The translations under genes were made by a program, and so were the position numbers. Shown here in pieces: positions 35,541-44,368 of a stretch of 64,000 nucleotides of DNA. Under the pieces are notes generated by a model, which was not told where the DNA came from, did no database searches, and saw nothing but the letters and a program-made list of their open reading frames with translations. This DNA is from an uncultured Candidatus Saccharibacteria bacterium (GTDB lineage: Bacteria > Patescibacteriota > Saccharimonadia > Saccharimonadales > Saccharimonadaceae), in the NCBI GenBank assembly GCA_947165465.1, contig CAMVAM010000003.1, positions 29,289 to 93,288 on the forward strand, given 5' to 3'. The first letter of the stretch is position 1. Each line of letters begins with the position of its first letter.

Positions 35541-37055
35541 TCAATTCTTCCTTTTTATCAATAATAATCTTCTCAATAGCTTTTTTGATGATTTCAGTTC
35601 TTCACGGAAAAACAAGAGATTAAATATAAGAGTCACCACACAAGCAACACCAAATACCATTAAGGCATTTAATATCCAATTCAGATAATTGCTATTCTCA
35701 GTAAACGGCAATAATTGCGATACCATTACTATTATAATTGTCTCAATAGCAACCAATAATAATTTTTTAATACTTTCCCAAATAGATCTTTCGAGTATGT
35801 ATTTATTGGTATGATAAACGAACTCTGCGGTGCGAATAGTCATAGCTACAATCGTGCCTATCGCAACACCGACTATACCGAGCCAGTTAACCAATAATAT
35901 TGAAATAATAATATTGGTCAAACACTCCACCCATGCGCCTGTGCGAGTTTCTTTAAAATGTCCCGCAGCCAGGATAATCGAATTATATGGCTGACGAATA
36001 GCCCAGATAAATTCACTTATAACAATAAGTACGCCAAATACGGGCCTTATATAATCCGCATCGGTAGTTCCATTCATATAAATAGAAATGAATGGAGTAA
36101 TCAGTACAATTGCAGTAGCAAAAGAAATAGTGCTAATAGTCCCATATAGTACTTCAAACATTGAAAACTTTCTACTTAAATTCTGTTTTTCGTTCTTTGC
36201 AATCATATCTCCAAATGTTGCATCAACACTACCAGAAAAAACGCCAATAATAGACTTAACACCCCTAACTACTAGATAATATATAGAATAAACAGACACC
36301 TCACTCAACGATGAAAAAATAGTTAAAACCGTAACATCAGTTTTAGTGTGAATAACATACGCAACATGTTGCGCTAAGCCATCCCATTTCTTTTCAAGCT
36401 TATAGTTGCTCGAATTGCCAGTATAATCTATATTGTATTTCTTCTTAACATATATATTTAAAATTAGTGGACGAAGAATAAAGACCGCTCCACTTATTAG
36501 TTTAATAAGATGAATCCCGGCCCCAATTCTTGCCAATACAACTACAAATAACATCGATAGTAAGTAAGTACATATTTGAATATTTGAGATAATGTATTTT
36601 TTTTGCTTAGCTTGTAAGAATAGAGTATACGTCATCCCAAAATAGTATTCTGCAAAAGTACTAATTCCAATTATTGCAATAAGCGAAGCAGTAAATGCCC
36701 ATTCGTAATCGCTATTAATCATCGTCGGATATACTATACAAAGAATGGCAATATATCCGAGAAAAATAATAGCAATTATTCTAAAGAATCTTTCAGAAGT
36801 CCTTAAAATGCTTCCAATTGTCTTGTTGTCTTTATTTGCAATTGGTTTATATAACGCCGCCTTTACTACCGGGCCAAAACCAGACTCCAACAGAGTAATA
36901 TAAGCTAAAAACTGCGTAATAGAAGAAACGAGTCCATTAACCGCGGAGCCAAATGAACCGATAATAATCTTCGGTATAATAAAGCCACTGATAATTATTA
37001 CTGCCTGTAAGACAATATTGCTTATAATATTATACAAAGCCTTTTTGCTTCTCAT
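35541..37055 (-). CDS. wzx: Wzx-type polysaccharide flippase (MOP superfamily)
   Basis: 504-aa highly hydrophobic ORF with about 12-14 TMs and the typical N-terminus (KALYNIISNIVLQAV). ATGA overlap with the upstream GT2 gene. Confidence 0.75.
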   Translation of the reverse strand: MRSKKALYNIISNIVLQAVIIISGFIIPKIIIGSFGSAVNGLVSSITQFLAYITLLESGFGPVVKAALYKPIANKDNKTIGSILRTSERFFRIIAIIFLGYIAILCIVYPTMINSDYEWAFTASLIAIIGISTFAEYYFGMTYTLFLQAKQKKYIISNIQICTYLLSMLFVVVLARIGAGIHLIKLISGAVFILRPLILNIYVKKKYNIDYTGNSSNYKLEKKWDGLAQHVAYVIHTKTDVTVLTIFSSLSEVSVYSIYYLVVRGVKSIIGVFSGSVDATFGDMIAKNEKQNLSRKFSMFEVLYGTISTISFATAIVLITPFISIYMNGTTDADYIRPVFGVLIVISEFIWAIRQPYNSIILAAGHFKETRTGAWVECLTNIIISILLVNWLGIVGVAIGTIVAMTIRTAEFVYHTNKYILERSIWESIKKLLLVAIETIIIVMVSQLLPFTENSNYLNWILNALMVFGVACVVTLIFNLLFFREELKSSKKLLRRLLLIKRKN

Positions 37056-38113
37056 TTAATTACCCCCACCATTTTCAATATCTTGCAAATTGGTCTATAC
37101 CGAAGGTTTTTTAAATAGTCGCCATTTAGTATATTTTTACAAATCGCTTTCTTTATCATGTTTTGTCTTATGCTTGATGAGTCAAAGCCGACAAGATAAG
37201 CTGGTAATACTACCCTTAAACCTTCTTGAATTTCTATAAGGTCATCTTTGGGAGTAATGCTATTTGCTAATACTGCAATGATTCTTCCAGACAAAGCCGA
37301 CAAGGTCATATTAATGAGTTTTTCTTCATCTACGCATCCGAATCTTTCGATTGCAATTCTTTTTCTTACGCCATTAATAAAGATGCTCTCTCTTATATTA
37401 CTAATAATCCTTTTTGCACTAATATTATTAGTAGCTCCATCGGGATTATCTACATAATGATATAAATTATCCTCCAGAAAAACAATTTTTTTTGCTTTCA
37501 AAAAAATATGAAGATTTATTTGTAAATCATCCCCCTGACGGACGGCATTATCAAAGATTTTATCATCAAAATCGTAAAGTTGTCTTTTTACCATTTCATT
37601 CCAAACAGAATTACATTCCACGCTATATATTAACAGCTTTATTATCTGGTCAATTCTTTCGCCCACGACAACTCTTTCGGTCACCAAACGTTCATTTAAT
37701 ATGTTTTTTTCTTTTTTAGATGGCTCACAAATGTACCCAAATTTAACAATATCAACATTCTCTTCTGTTTTAGTGACTTCCACGCATTTTTTTACTAAAT
37801 CGCTCTCCAACCAATCATCAGAGTCCTCAATTATAACATAATCGCCACTCGCCCTTCGTATTCCATTCTTTCTAGCAATCACAGGGCCACTATTCTTTTG
37901 ATTTAAAACAATTATTCTATTATCTTTTTTTGCAAACTCCTTGGCTATTTCTAATGATTTATCCTCTGATCCATCGTTGACGAGAATAATCTCAATGTTC
38001 TTATACGTTTGTTTACATATAGACTCGATACATCTAGGTAAGTATTTTTCCGTATTATAAATCGGTACAATTACGGACACTAATATCGATTCTTGATTAT
38101 TATTACCTTCCAT
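37052..38113 (-). CDS. Glycosyltransferase family 2
   Basis: VSVIVPIYNTEKYLPRCIESICKQTYKNIEIILVNDGSEDKS and a DxD-like EDSDD. Confidence 0.88.
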   Translation of the reverse strand: MEGNNNQESILVSVIVPIYNTEKYLPRCIESICKQTYKNIEIILVNDGSEDKSLEIAKEFAKKDNRIIVLNQKNSGPVIARKNGIRRASGDYVIIEDSDDWLESDLVKKCVEVTKTEENVDIVKFGYICEPSKKEKNILNERLVTERVVVGERIDQIIKLLIYSVECNSVWNEMVKRQLYDFDDKIFDNAVRQGDDLQINLHIFLKAKKIVFLEDNLYHYVDNPDGATNNISAKRIISNIRESIFINGVRKRIAIERFGCVDEEKLINMTLSALSGRIIAVLANSITPKDDLIEIQEGLRVVLPAYLVGFDSSSIRQNMIKKAICKNILNGDYLKNLRYRPICKILKMVGVIK

Positions 38114-38135
38114 AGTTTATCCTTATTGTACCAAT

Positions 38136-38681
38136 TTAATCGTGTAGTTTTTTTATAATTAACCGTCGATCATTCGTGACTAAAGAGTTATCCGGTATTA
38201 AACCTTTTACAACGGTTCCTGCACCAATTATACAATTATCTCCGATTCTCGTATTCTTCAAAACTATCACATTTGCTCCTATCCATACATTATTACCAAT
38301 TGTTACTTTTCCTATTGAATACCCTTCTTTTTTTCCATTTCTTCCGAATGCATGATCATGATCATATATGTGACAATTTGGGCCTATTACGACATTGTTA
38401 CCAATAGATATCTCTCCCTTTGAAACAATCATCGAATTAACATTAACAAATAGATTGTCTCCAATCGTCATTTTTGCACCACTATTTGCTGATATAATAA
38501 CTCGTTCACACACCGAAATCGCCCCACGTAGAACCATAATAGATTTTTTTACAATAATGCTATCCATCGATTCGATATTGCAGTGAATAGTTTTTTTATT
38601 AATACAAAGTCCACTTCCATACTTAATTTTTAAACATAGAAGCCTACAAACTGACTTAATCTTTTTTATTACTTTTTTCAT
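38136..38681 (-). CDS. Hexapeptide-repeat (LbH) O-acetyltransferase
   Basis: Repeated [LIV]G-x4 units (ISIGNNVVIGPNCHIYD..., VTIGNNVWIGANVIVLKNTRIGDNCIIGAGTVV). Confidence 0.85.
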   Translation of the reverse strand: MKKVIKKIKSVCRLLCLKIKYGSGLCINKKTIHCNIESMDSIIVKKSIMVLRGAISVCERVIISANSGAKMTIGDNLFVNVNSMIVSKGEISIGNNVVIGPNCHIYDHDHAFGRNGKKEGYSIGKVTIGNNVWIGANVIVLKNTRIGDNCIIGAGTVVKGLIPDNSLVTNDRRLIIKKLHD

Positions 38682-39598
38682 TTTTCATCCTTATTTTTAG
38701 AATCCGGCAGCCTAATCATTTTGCCAAGTTTATTATTCCATTTTTCATCGTCAAATTGTTCAAAACCACCAGCCGGAAAGAAAGTCATCTCCCCAAAATA
38801 AACCTTTCCGTTTATTTCGTATAAGTCCACGCGGACGTGTGGGATGCCACTAGATAGTTTCTCAGCAATTTTTTTCATTTCCCCAAACCGTGATGGCATT
38901 TCTAAATCTGTCCTGCTCTTATGCCCACCCTCTCTTAGATTAATTAGTTTAAAATCCTCGTCCAACCAAGTTTCTTCCAAATCTTTCTGACGATTGGTAC
39001 AAACAAGTACAATTCCAATCTTTCCATCAAAACAGAAAAACTTATAATCTCTTAGTTCGCCATATTTATCATCTTCCATATATTTTTCAATTATTATTCG
39101 TGGTTTTACACCACTATATGGCCATTCTCTCGATGTAAGAAAAAAATCCCTCTTCATAGACTTATTAATAATTCTCTTTGCCTTAGCCGTATCAAATGAA
39201 TCTTTTTTCTTACATATAACCAACCCTCCAGAATTATGTGTACACTTAATAACAAATTGGTCTGGCAGATCGTCAAAACAAATATCGTCAAATTTATCAT
39301 ACACGCCTATTGTTGGGATGATATATTTTCCCCCTATTATGTTGGCTACATATTTTTTTGCTTCATATTTATCCACCATGACGGTATAAATATCTTTGCG
39401 ATCGTTTAATTTCAGCCACTGCAACTTCTCATTATAGGATTCAGGGTTGTCCAAATTGAGCTTTTTACCGGTCTTTATTCTATAAAGAATAGAAAGATAT
39501 TTTTCATCCGGAAGAACAACTATACCTCGATTATTCAGAAAAACTAGAATATTCCTTGGGTCTTTTATGGTATCTTTAATTTTCTTTGACAATTTCAT
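38678..39598 (-). CDS. ATP-grasp fold amidoligase, TupA-like
   Basis: KLNLDNPESYNEKLQWLKLNDRKD...VDKYEAKKYV...IIPTIGVY and C-terminal VRVDLYEINGKVYFGEMTFFPAGG match the TupA-like ATP-grasp family pattern. I prefer the ATG at 39598 (AAGGAGA upstream). Confidence 0.8.
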   Translation of the reverse strand: MKLSKKIKDTIKDPRNILVFLNNRGIVVLPDEKYLSILYRIKTGKKLNLDNPESYNEKLQWLKLNDRKDIYTVMVDKYEAKKYVANIIGGKYIIPTIGVYDKFDDICFDDLPDQFVIKCTHNSGGLVICKKKDSFDTAKAKRIINKSMKRDFFLTSREWPYSGVKPRIIIEKYMEDDKYGELRDYKFFCFDGKIGIVLVCTNRQKDLEETWLDEDFKLINLREGGHKSRTDLEMPSRFGEMKKIAEKLSSGIPHVRVDLYEINGKVYFGEMTFFPAGGFEQFDDEKWNNKLGKMIRLPDSKNKDEK

Positions 39599-40802
39599 AT
39601 TCATTCTCCTTCTCGCTTTTAACACCTGCTGCACCCAACAGCAATCCAAATAGTATATACTCGAACTCTGATGAATAAGTGATAGCAGAAATATCTACAA
39701 CCAACATTATTGGTAACAAAACCTTTATTATTATATGGTAATTGCTACCTTTAGCTCCCCTATAAATTATAAAATATAGAGAATAATAAATGGCAAAACC
39801 TATTACACCAAGATTTGCGAGTAGCTCGGCATAGTTATTGTGCGAATATATTCCTTTCATGCTACTCTCATACCTAAAACCATCCTGACCGACGCCAATT
39901 ACTGGATTGTCCTTAAAGACTTGTATTGCTTCCCCTAATAGCCTTCTTCGAACTGCCGTAGATTGCATATTAGAACTAGAATCATCAGACGTCATTGTCT
40001 CAATAAAGCTATCAATCCTGTAACCTATAGAATTATATAACAAAGGCGTATTTTGGATTATCATATATCCACTCAGAATAAAAATCATCGTAATTACTAA
40101 TGTTTTAATTATCTTTACTATGTTTTTTGAGTTTAATAGTAATACAATTACAGATCCAATAACAAATATCAAAATGCTTTTCTTAGTTCCCATTAATAAA
40201 GCAATCGCCATAAAAGCTAAGATTAAACAGACGCAAGATATTTTTTTCCATTTCTTCATCTTGTGATTAAATATCAACTTCCAAAATAGAATTACCGAAG
40301 CATATGCCAGGGCGATTGCTGGAGTATTTGAGCCAAAAATAGTATCCTTTGAAAAACGCTCTCCATTCCCCCATTGCGACACCGGTACAGTCAAGATAAA
40401 CCTAGCTACCAAGACACCAGCAGCAGCAATAATATACTTAAATGTTCTGTCTACAGCGTTTTGTTTGCCATCACAATATATTATTATGACGATAGATAAT
40501 AAAACAACCTGTATAATAGATAAAATCGTCATAAAGGCCGTATTGTTTTCTTCCGATATCCACAATATGGATAGCGAGCTATAAAGGATAAATAGAAGAG
40601 CCCACAAAAAGTACTTGATGACAATAGTATTTTTTATTCTTTTATTCTTTATCACTATTGGAATTGCAAAGAATAAGGCTAATGCTTGTAATGATAGAAA
40701 AAGGATTTTTATGTCATAGAATGAAACACTAGCAACAACGGCTAATAGCACGGCAATATCAAACAATCGTATTTTATTTTTGCGCATAGCCACCCTTGTC
40801 AA
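39576..40802 (-). CDS. wzy: Wzy-type polysaccharide polymerase (O-antigen ligase-like fold)
   Basis: About 10 TMs and a Wzy_C-like loop (GIYSHNNYAELLANLGVIGFAIY). The start may be the ATG at 40787. Confidence 0.7.
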   Translation of the reverse strand: MTRVAMRKNKIRLFDIAVLLAVVASVSFYDIKILFLSLQALALFFAIPIVIKNKRIKNTIVIKYFLWALLFILYSSLSILWISEENNTAFMTILSIIQVVLLSIVIIIYCDGKQNAVDRTFKYIIAAAGVLVARFILTVPVSQWGNGERFSKDTIFGSNTPAIALAYASVILFWKLIFNHKMKKWKKISCVCLILAFMAIALLMGTKKSILIFVIGSVIVLLLNSKNIVKIIKTLVITMIFILSGYMIIQNTPLLYNSIGYRIDSFIETMTSDDSSSNMQSTAVRRRLLGEAIQVFKDNPVIGVGQDGFRYESSMKGIYSHNNYAELLANLGVIGFAIYYSLYFIIYRGAKGSNYHIIIKVLLPIMLVVDISAITYSSEFEYILFGLLLGAAGVKSEKENEYEIVKEN

Positions 40803-41919
40803 ATATGAAATTCAATATATTCTTTGCTCTTTCTTTAATAGTTATTTTTCTTGCCGTCTTCAAAGCCATCATTGACATATTTTCTCTTTTATTCTTATCA
40901 TTCTTTATACTTCTAATGGCGGTCTTAATATCTTGCAAATCATCCGGATTAATCAATATGGAATTATCGTTGTCTAAAATATCGTAATTAAACCGCTTAT
41001 CTGACGATATTACCGGTAACCCACACCCCATTGCCTCGATTATCGCGTTGCAACACCCTTCGTTTCTAGTCGGCAAGACGAATACATCGGATGTTGCATA
41101 AAAAATAGGTAAATCATCATGGTCAATCGGTGCATTCCATACGCAGTTCTTCGAAGTCGGTTTTAGCTTTCCTTTCCCTGCTGCAGCAAGTTTTACATCA
41201 CCACCAAAACTATCAACAGCCTTCTCCAACCGATCTATTCCCTTTCTTTCATCAAAACTCCCAACAAATGAAACAATAAAGTCTTTTTCATTAAAACCAA
41301 GTTTTTTTCTAGCTATTGTTTTATCGCTAGGCTTAAATAATTTTTCGTTAATCGCGTTCGGAAACACTTTTACGATTTTTGGATTCACATAATCAGAAAT
41401 CATCTCCTTATTCTGGGTCGACACAGCAATCACGCCAGTCAAAGAAGACAGCTCTCTTTTGACGGCCTTTTCTCCAAAATGCTTAATTGTCTGCAACGTC
41501 GCCTCACCATGCGCAAGAAAGGATGGTCTATTGTACTTCCTTCCTAATCTTGCAACGGCTATACCCGCTGGAGTAACAAAATGTGCATAAAAAACATCTA
41601 TATCACCCAAAGATTCATTGCTATCAATTAGCTTTTCAATAGCCTTTGTAAAACAATGGGTAGTTATTTTTGCGGGATTAAAAAACAAATAATCTCTCTG
41701 CCCTAGACCAAAATACCTTGGATAATACACCGTCACATTGTTTTCGGCCCTCTTTAGAGGTAACTTCTTATAGTTCTTATTGATGTTTGTAGGGACTGGA
41801 CTTATGACACTACATTTAATTCCTTGGCCAGCAATCTCGTCTACTAATTGTTTTAGAAAAATCGTAGTGTTTTTATCGACCTCATTCGGATACTTATTAG
41901 TAACAAAACAAATGTGCAT
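40774..41919 (-). CDS. Glycosyltransferase, GT4 family
   Basis: GT-B C-terminal signature (VFVLPTRNEGCCNAIIEAMGCGLPVISSD). Confidence 0.85.
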   Translation of the reverse strand: MHICFVTNKYPNEVDKNTTIFLKQLVDEIAGQGIKCSVISPVPTNINKNYKKLPLKRAENNVTVYYPRYFGLGQRDYLFFNPAKITTHCFTKAIEKLIDSNESLGDIDVFYAHFVTPAGIAVARLGRKYNRPSFLAHGEATLQTIKHFGEKAVKRELSSLTGVIAVSTQNKEMISDYVNPKIVKVFPNAINEKLFKPSDKTIARKKLGFNEKDFIVSFVGSFDERKGIDRLEKAVDSFGGDVKLAAAGKGKLKPTSKNCVWNAPIDHDDLPIFYATSDVFVLPTRNEGCCNAIIEAMGCGLPVISSDKRFNYDILDNDNSILINPDDLQDIKTAIRSIKNDKNKRENMSMMALKTARKITIKERAKNILNFIFDKGGYAQK

Positions 41920-41920
41920 T

Positions 41921-43297
41921 TTATTTCTCCGGCAATAATAGTTTTTGCCCCATTTCTAAATCGAACTCGTATGGAGTCACCTTATCAAAACCAGCCCCCA
42001 TAGTAAATGTTATTTCCCCAAAATAAATCTTTTCTTTAACTATATATAAATCTACTCTCGCGTGCGGGAATCCCTGCGAGAGAATACTCGCATAATTTAA
42101 TAATTTTTTTGTCACTTCCTTTGGCAGTGGCTGCATTGGTTCTCCATTTGGAAAATCCATCCTAACGCCCTTCAAAAATTTCCAATCTGTTGTGTATATG
42201 TTTTTTCTGTGATCCGTAAACCTATTAGTATCTACAGTAATGTATTCTGGCTTTCCACCAAAACACATAATTTTATAGTCCTCTGGCGATTCGCCTGACC
42301 CATTGTCTAGATACTCTTCAATTATTATTCGCGGTTTTTCCACACCATAAAACCACTCGCCATAACACTTAATAAATTTATACTTCAACCACTTTTTCAG
42401 TATTTTTTTAGTTTTCTTCCGATCGAGAAGCTTTGTATTTTTACAAATTATGTTTAATCCGCTACCATGCGTAACCTTTATCACGCATTTTTCAGGGAGT
42501 TTATTCCATGGAATACTCTCTGGGTCAAATCCTTGCCATATAAGCTTGTCTAATATTTCCGGACATCTCTCTTCAACATATTGTCTGACGGTATACTTAT
42601 CAACAAGCTTTGGCAGCAGCGGATTCTTATAATATAGTTTAATCCACTGTAGTTTTTCTGAATATGTTTTTGGATTCTTTAAATCTAACTTTTGACCATG
42701 TTTTAATCTAAACAGGATTTTCAATGCGGTCTTCGGGCTAATATCATACAAAAGATTTAACGGCGTAAGAATCGCACTTTTTGCTAAAGGCGTCAGCCCC
42801 TTTCTTTTCTTCTTTTTGCTATTTTCTTCAATATATTGATCCACTAGGCCAAAAACATCTGATTCCTTATTGTAGACCTTTACTATCGGTTTTTCTTTAA
42901 TCTTTTGAATTGACCGACCCAATTTTTCTATATCCCTTACTTCTAACAACAGCTTTTGTTCAGCAAGAACACCAGTGATTTGTGTTTGGTGGTCATCGAT
43001 ATGTTCGCCATATTTAGCTAATCTTGGCACGGCAATAACCTGTTTCTTCTTTTTTAATGCCCCAATAATCGCACCGGTCCCACCATGAGTAACAATCAAA
43101 TCCGCCTCATCTTGATACTTATTGAACTCTTTCTCGTCAAGAAAACGAGAATATTTATAATGTTTTGGTACATAATTCGAATCTGCTATCTGCGCAAATA
43201 CTTCATCCTTTATTACGCCACTCTCAATCAAAGAATCAACTTCTTTTAATAATCTATTAAACTGATATTCTCTTGAGCCAACACAAACGAAAATCAT
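41921..43297 (-). CDS. Fusion protein: Alg13/Cps14G-like glycosyltransferase C-terminal subunit + TupA-like ATP-grasp amidoligase
   Basis: Residues ~1-150 are MIFVCVGSREYQFNRLL...THGGTGAIIGAL...AVPRLAKYGEHIDDHQTQI (Glyco_tran_28_C/Alg13-like). Residues ~190-458 are LDLKNPKTYSEKLQWIKLYYKNPLL...VDKYTVRQYV...ARVDLYIVKEKIYFGEITFTMGAG (TupA-like). Confidence 0.8.
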   Translation of the reverse strand: MIFVCVGSREYQFNRLLKEVDSLIESGVIKDEVFAQIADSNYVPKHYKYSRFLDEKEFNKYQDEADLIVTHGGTGAIIGALKKKKQVIAVPRLAKYGEHIDDHQTQITGVLAEQKLLLEVRDIEKLGRSIQKIKEKPIVKVYNKESDVFGLVDQYIEENSKKKKRKGLTPLAKSAILTPLNLLYDISPKTALKILFRLKHGQKLDLKNPKTYSEKLQWIKLYYKNPLLPKLVDKYTVRQYVEERCPEILDKLIWQGFDPESIPWNKLPEKCVIKVTHGSGLNIICKNTKLLDRKKTKKILKKWLKYKFIKCYGEWFYGVEKPRIIIEEYLDNGSGESPEDYKIMCFGGKPEYITVDTNRFTDHRKNIYTTDWKFLKGVRMDFPNGEPMQPLPKEVTKKLLNYASILSQGFPHARVDLYIVKEKIYFGEITFTMGAGFDKVTPYEFDLEMGQKLLLPEK

Positions 43298-43758
43298 TAG
43301 TAAATACTCCCTCCATATATACCATCAGGATAATATTTAGCTAGCTGCTCCCATTGATAAATGAATAAATCTGCTTTACCATACATAAATTTACCAGCCC
43401 TAGTACAATCAGTGACTCTTGAAAATGTCTCAATAAATATTACTTTTTTCCTGAGAATCTTACAAAAAATACACATAGGAATAGCTACCATCGTACCAGT
43501 AGTCACAACAAAATCCGGTCGCTCTTTAGCAATAATATAAATCGTTTTAAAGCTGTTCAATAACGTCTTAATCGGGAATAGCCAATCTTTTAACCCAGAC
43601 TGCAATAAATGGTAATCTGCAATACTTTTATATTTCGTTGATTCTGTAACAACAAAAATATCATAATGCTCACCTAAAGGTTTTAGCATGCAAAGCTGCT
43701 GGTAATGACCACCAGACGACGAGATAAGACAAACTTTTGGCTTCTTTTGTCTACGCAT
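43297..43758 (-). CDS. Alg14/Cps14F-like membrane-anchoring glycosyltransferase subunit
   Basis: VCLISSSGGHYQQL...VVTTGTMVAIPMC pattern. 1-nt overlap with the Alg13-like fusion gene. Confidence 0.8.
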   Translation of the reverse strand: MRRQKKPKVCLISSSGGHYQQLCMLKPLGEHYDIFVVTESTKYKSIADYHLLQSGLKDWLFPIKTLLNSFKTIYIIAKERPDFVVTTGTMVAIPMCIFCKILRKKVIFIETFSRVTDCTRAGKFMYGKADLFIYQWEQLAKYYPDGIYGGSIY

Positions 43759-43872
43759 AATTCTTTTATAATTCTACACTTTTCCACATATTATTCTACC
43801 ACAAAACAGAGCAAAAGTAAAAAGCTTAAGTTTACTATTCCCCTAAAAAGCTATCCCCCCATAAACCTATAA

Positions 43873-43910
43873 AAATACCACCATATATTATATATAGTGG
43901 TATTTTACGT
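43873..43910 (-). terminator. Weak AT-rich hairpin + U-tract downstream of rpsH (possible partial terminator)
   Basis: aaataccac / catatattatatata / gtggtattt; on the minus strand it is followed by UUUUUAUA. The stem is AT-rich, so efficiency is uncertain. Confidence 0.35.
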
Positions 43911-43951
43911 AAAGCGGTCAAACTTTATTGTGTGCTCGCGCTAGCAACGAA

Positions 43952-44353
43952 TTACCAAACGCGAACGAGGATCTCGCCACCAAGACGATTCTTCTTGGCA
44001 TCACGACCGGTCATGAGACCCTTAGACGTGGATACGATTACCGTACCACGACCAGACTTCACTACCGGAAGTTCATCTGCGGACGAGTACACACGGCGAC
44101 CTGGCTTAGAAACCTTAGTGATTTCATTGATTTGTGCCAAAGTGCCTGGCTCGTTGATGACAATGTGGAGCATACCACGTGGTTTTGCATCTTCCACAGA
44201 GTATGAAGCGAGATAGCCGTTTTTCACTAAAATCTCGACGATAGCTAACTTCAATTTGGAAGTAGGAACGAGAATTTCAGTCTTGTTTGCCGAAATCGCA
44301 TTACGAATGCGGGTAAGTAAATCGGCGATTTGATCAGTTGTTTGTAATGACAT
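43952..44353 (-). CDS. rpsH: 30S ribosomal protein S8
   Basis: TDQIADLLTRIRNAISA...GGEILVRVW. Confidence 0.95.
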   Translation of the reverse strand: MSLQTTDQIADLLTRIRNAISANKTEILVPTSKLKLAIVEILVKNGYLASYSVEDAKPRGMLHIVINEPGTLAQINEITKVSKPGRRVYSSADELPVVKSGRGTVIVSTSKGLMTGRDAKKNRLGGEILVRVW

Positions 44354-44368
44354 GTCTTCTCCTTTCTC

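Noticed and set aside
29301-43951. A classical integrative genomic island (integrase, tRNA and att repeats) to explain the insertion in the spc operon.
   Set aside because: There is no integrase, recombinase, transposase or tRNA gene. I could find no convincing direct repeats at the two junctions, only short chance similarities such as ataccac. The mechanism remains open.
43759-43951. A tRNA or other RNA gene in the longer intergenic gaps (43759-43951, 50436-50588, 59443-59649, 33825-33976).
   Set aside because: I found no cloverleaf-compatible arms and no conserved GTTC-type T-loop with acceptor pairing. The gaps are explained by promoters, leaders and terminators, apart from the low-confidence sRNA candidate reported separately.
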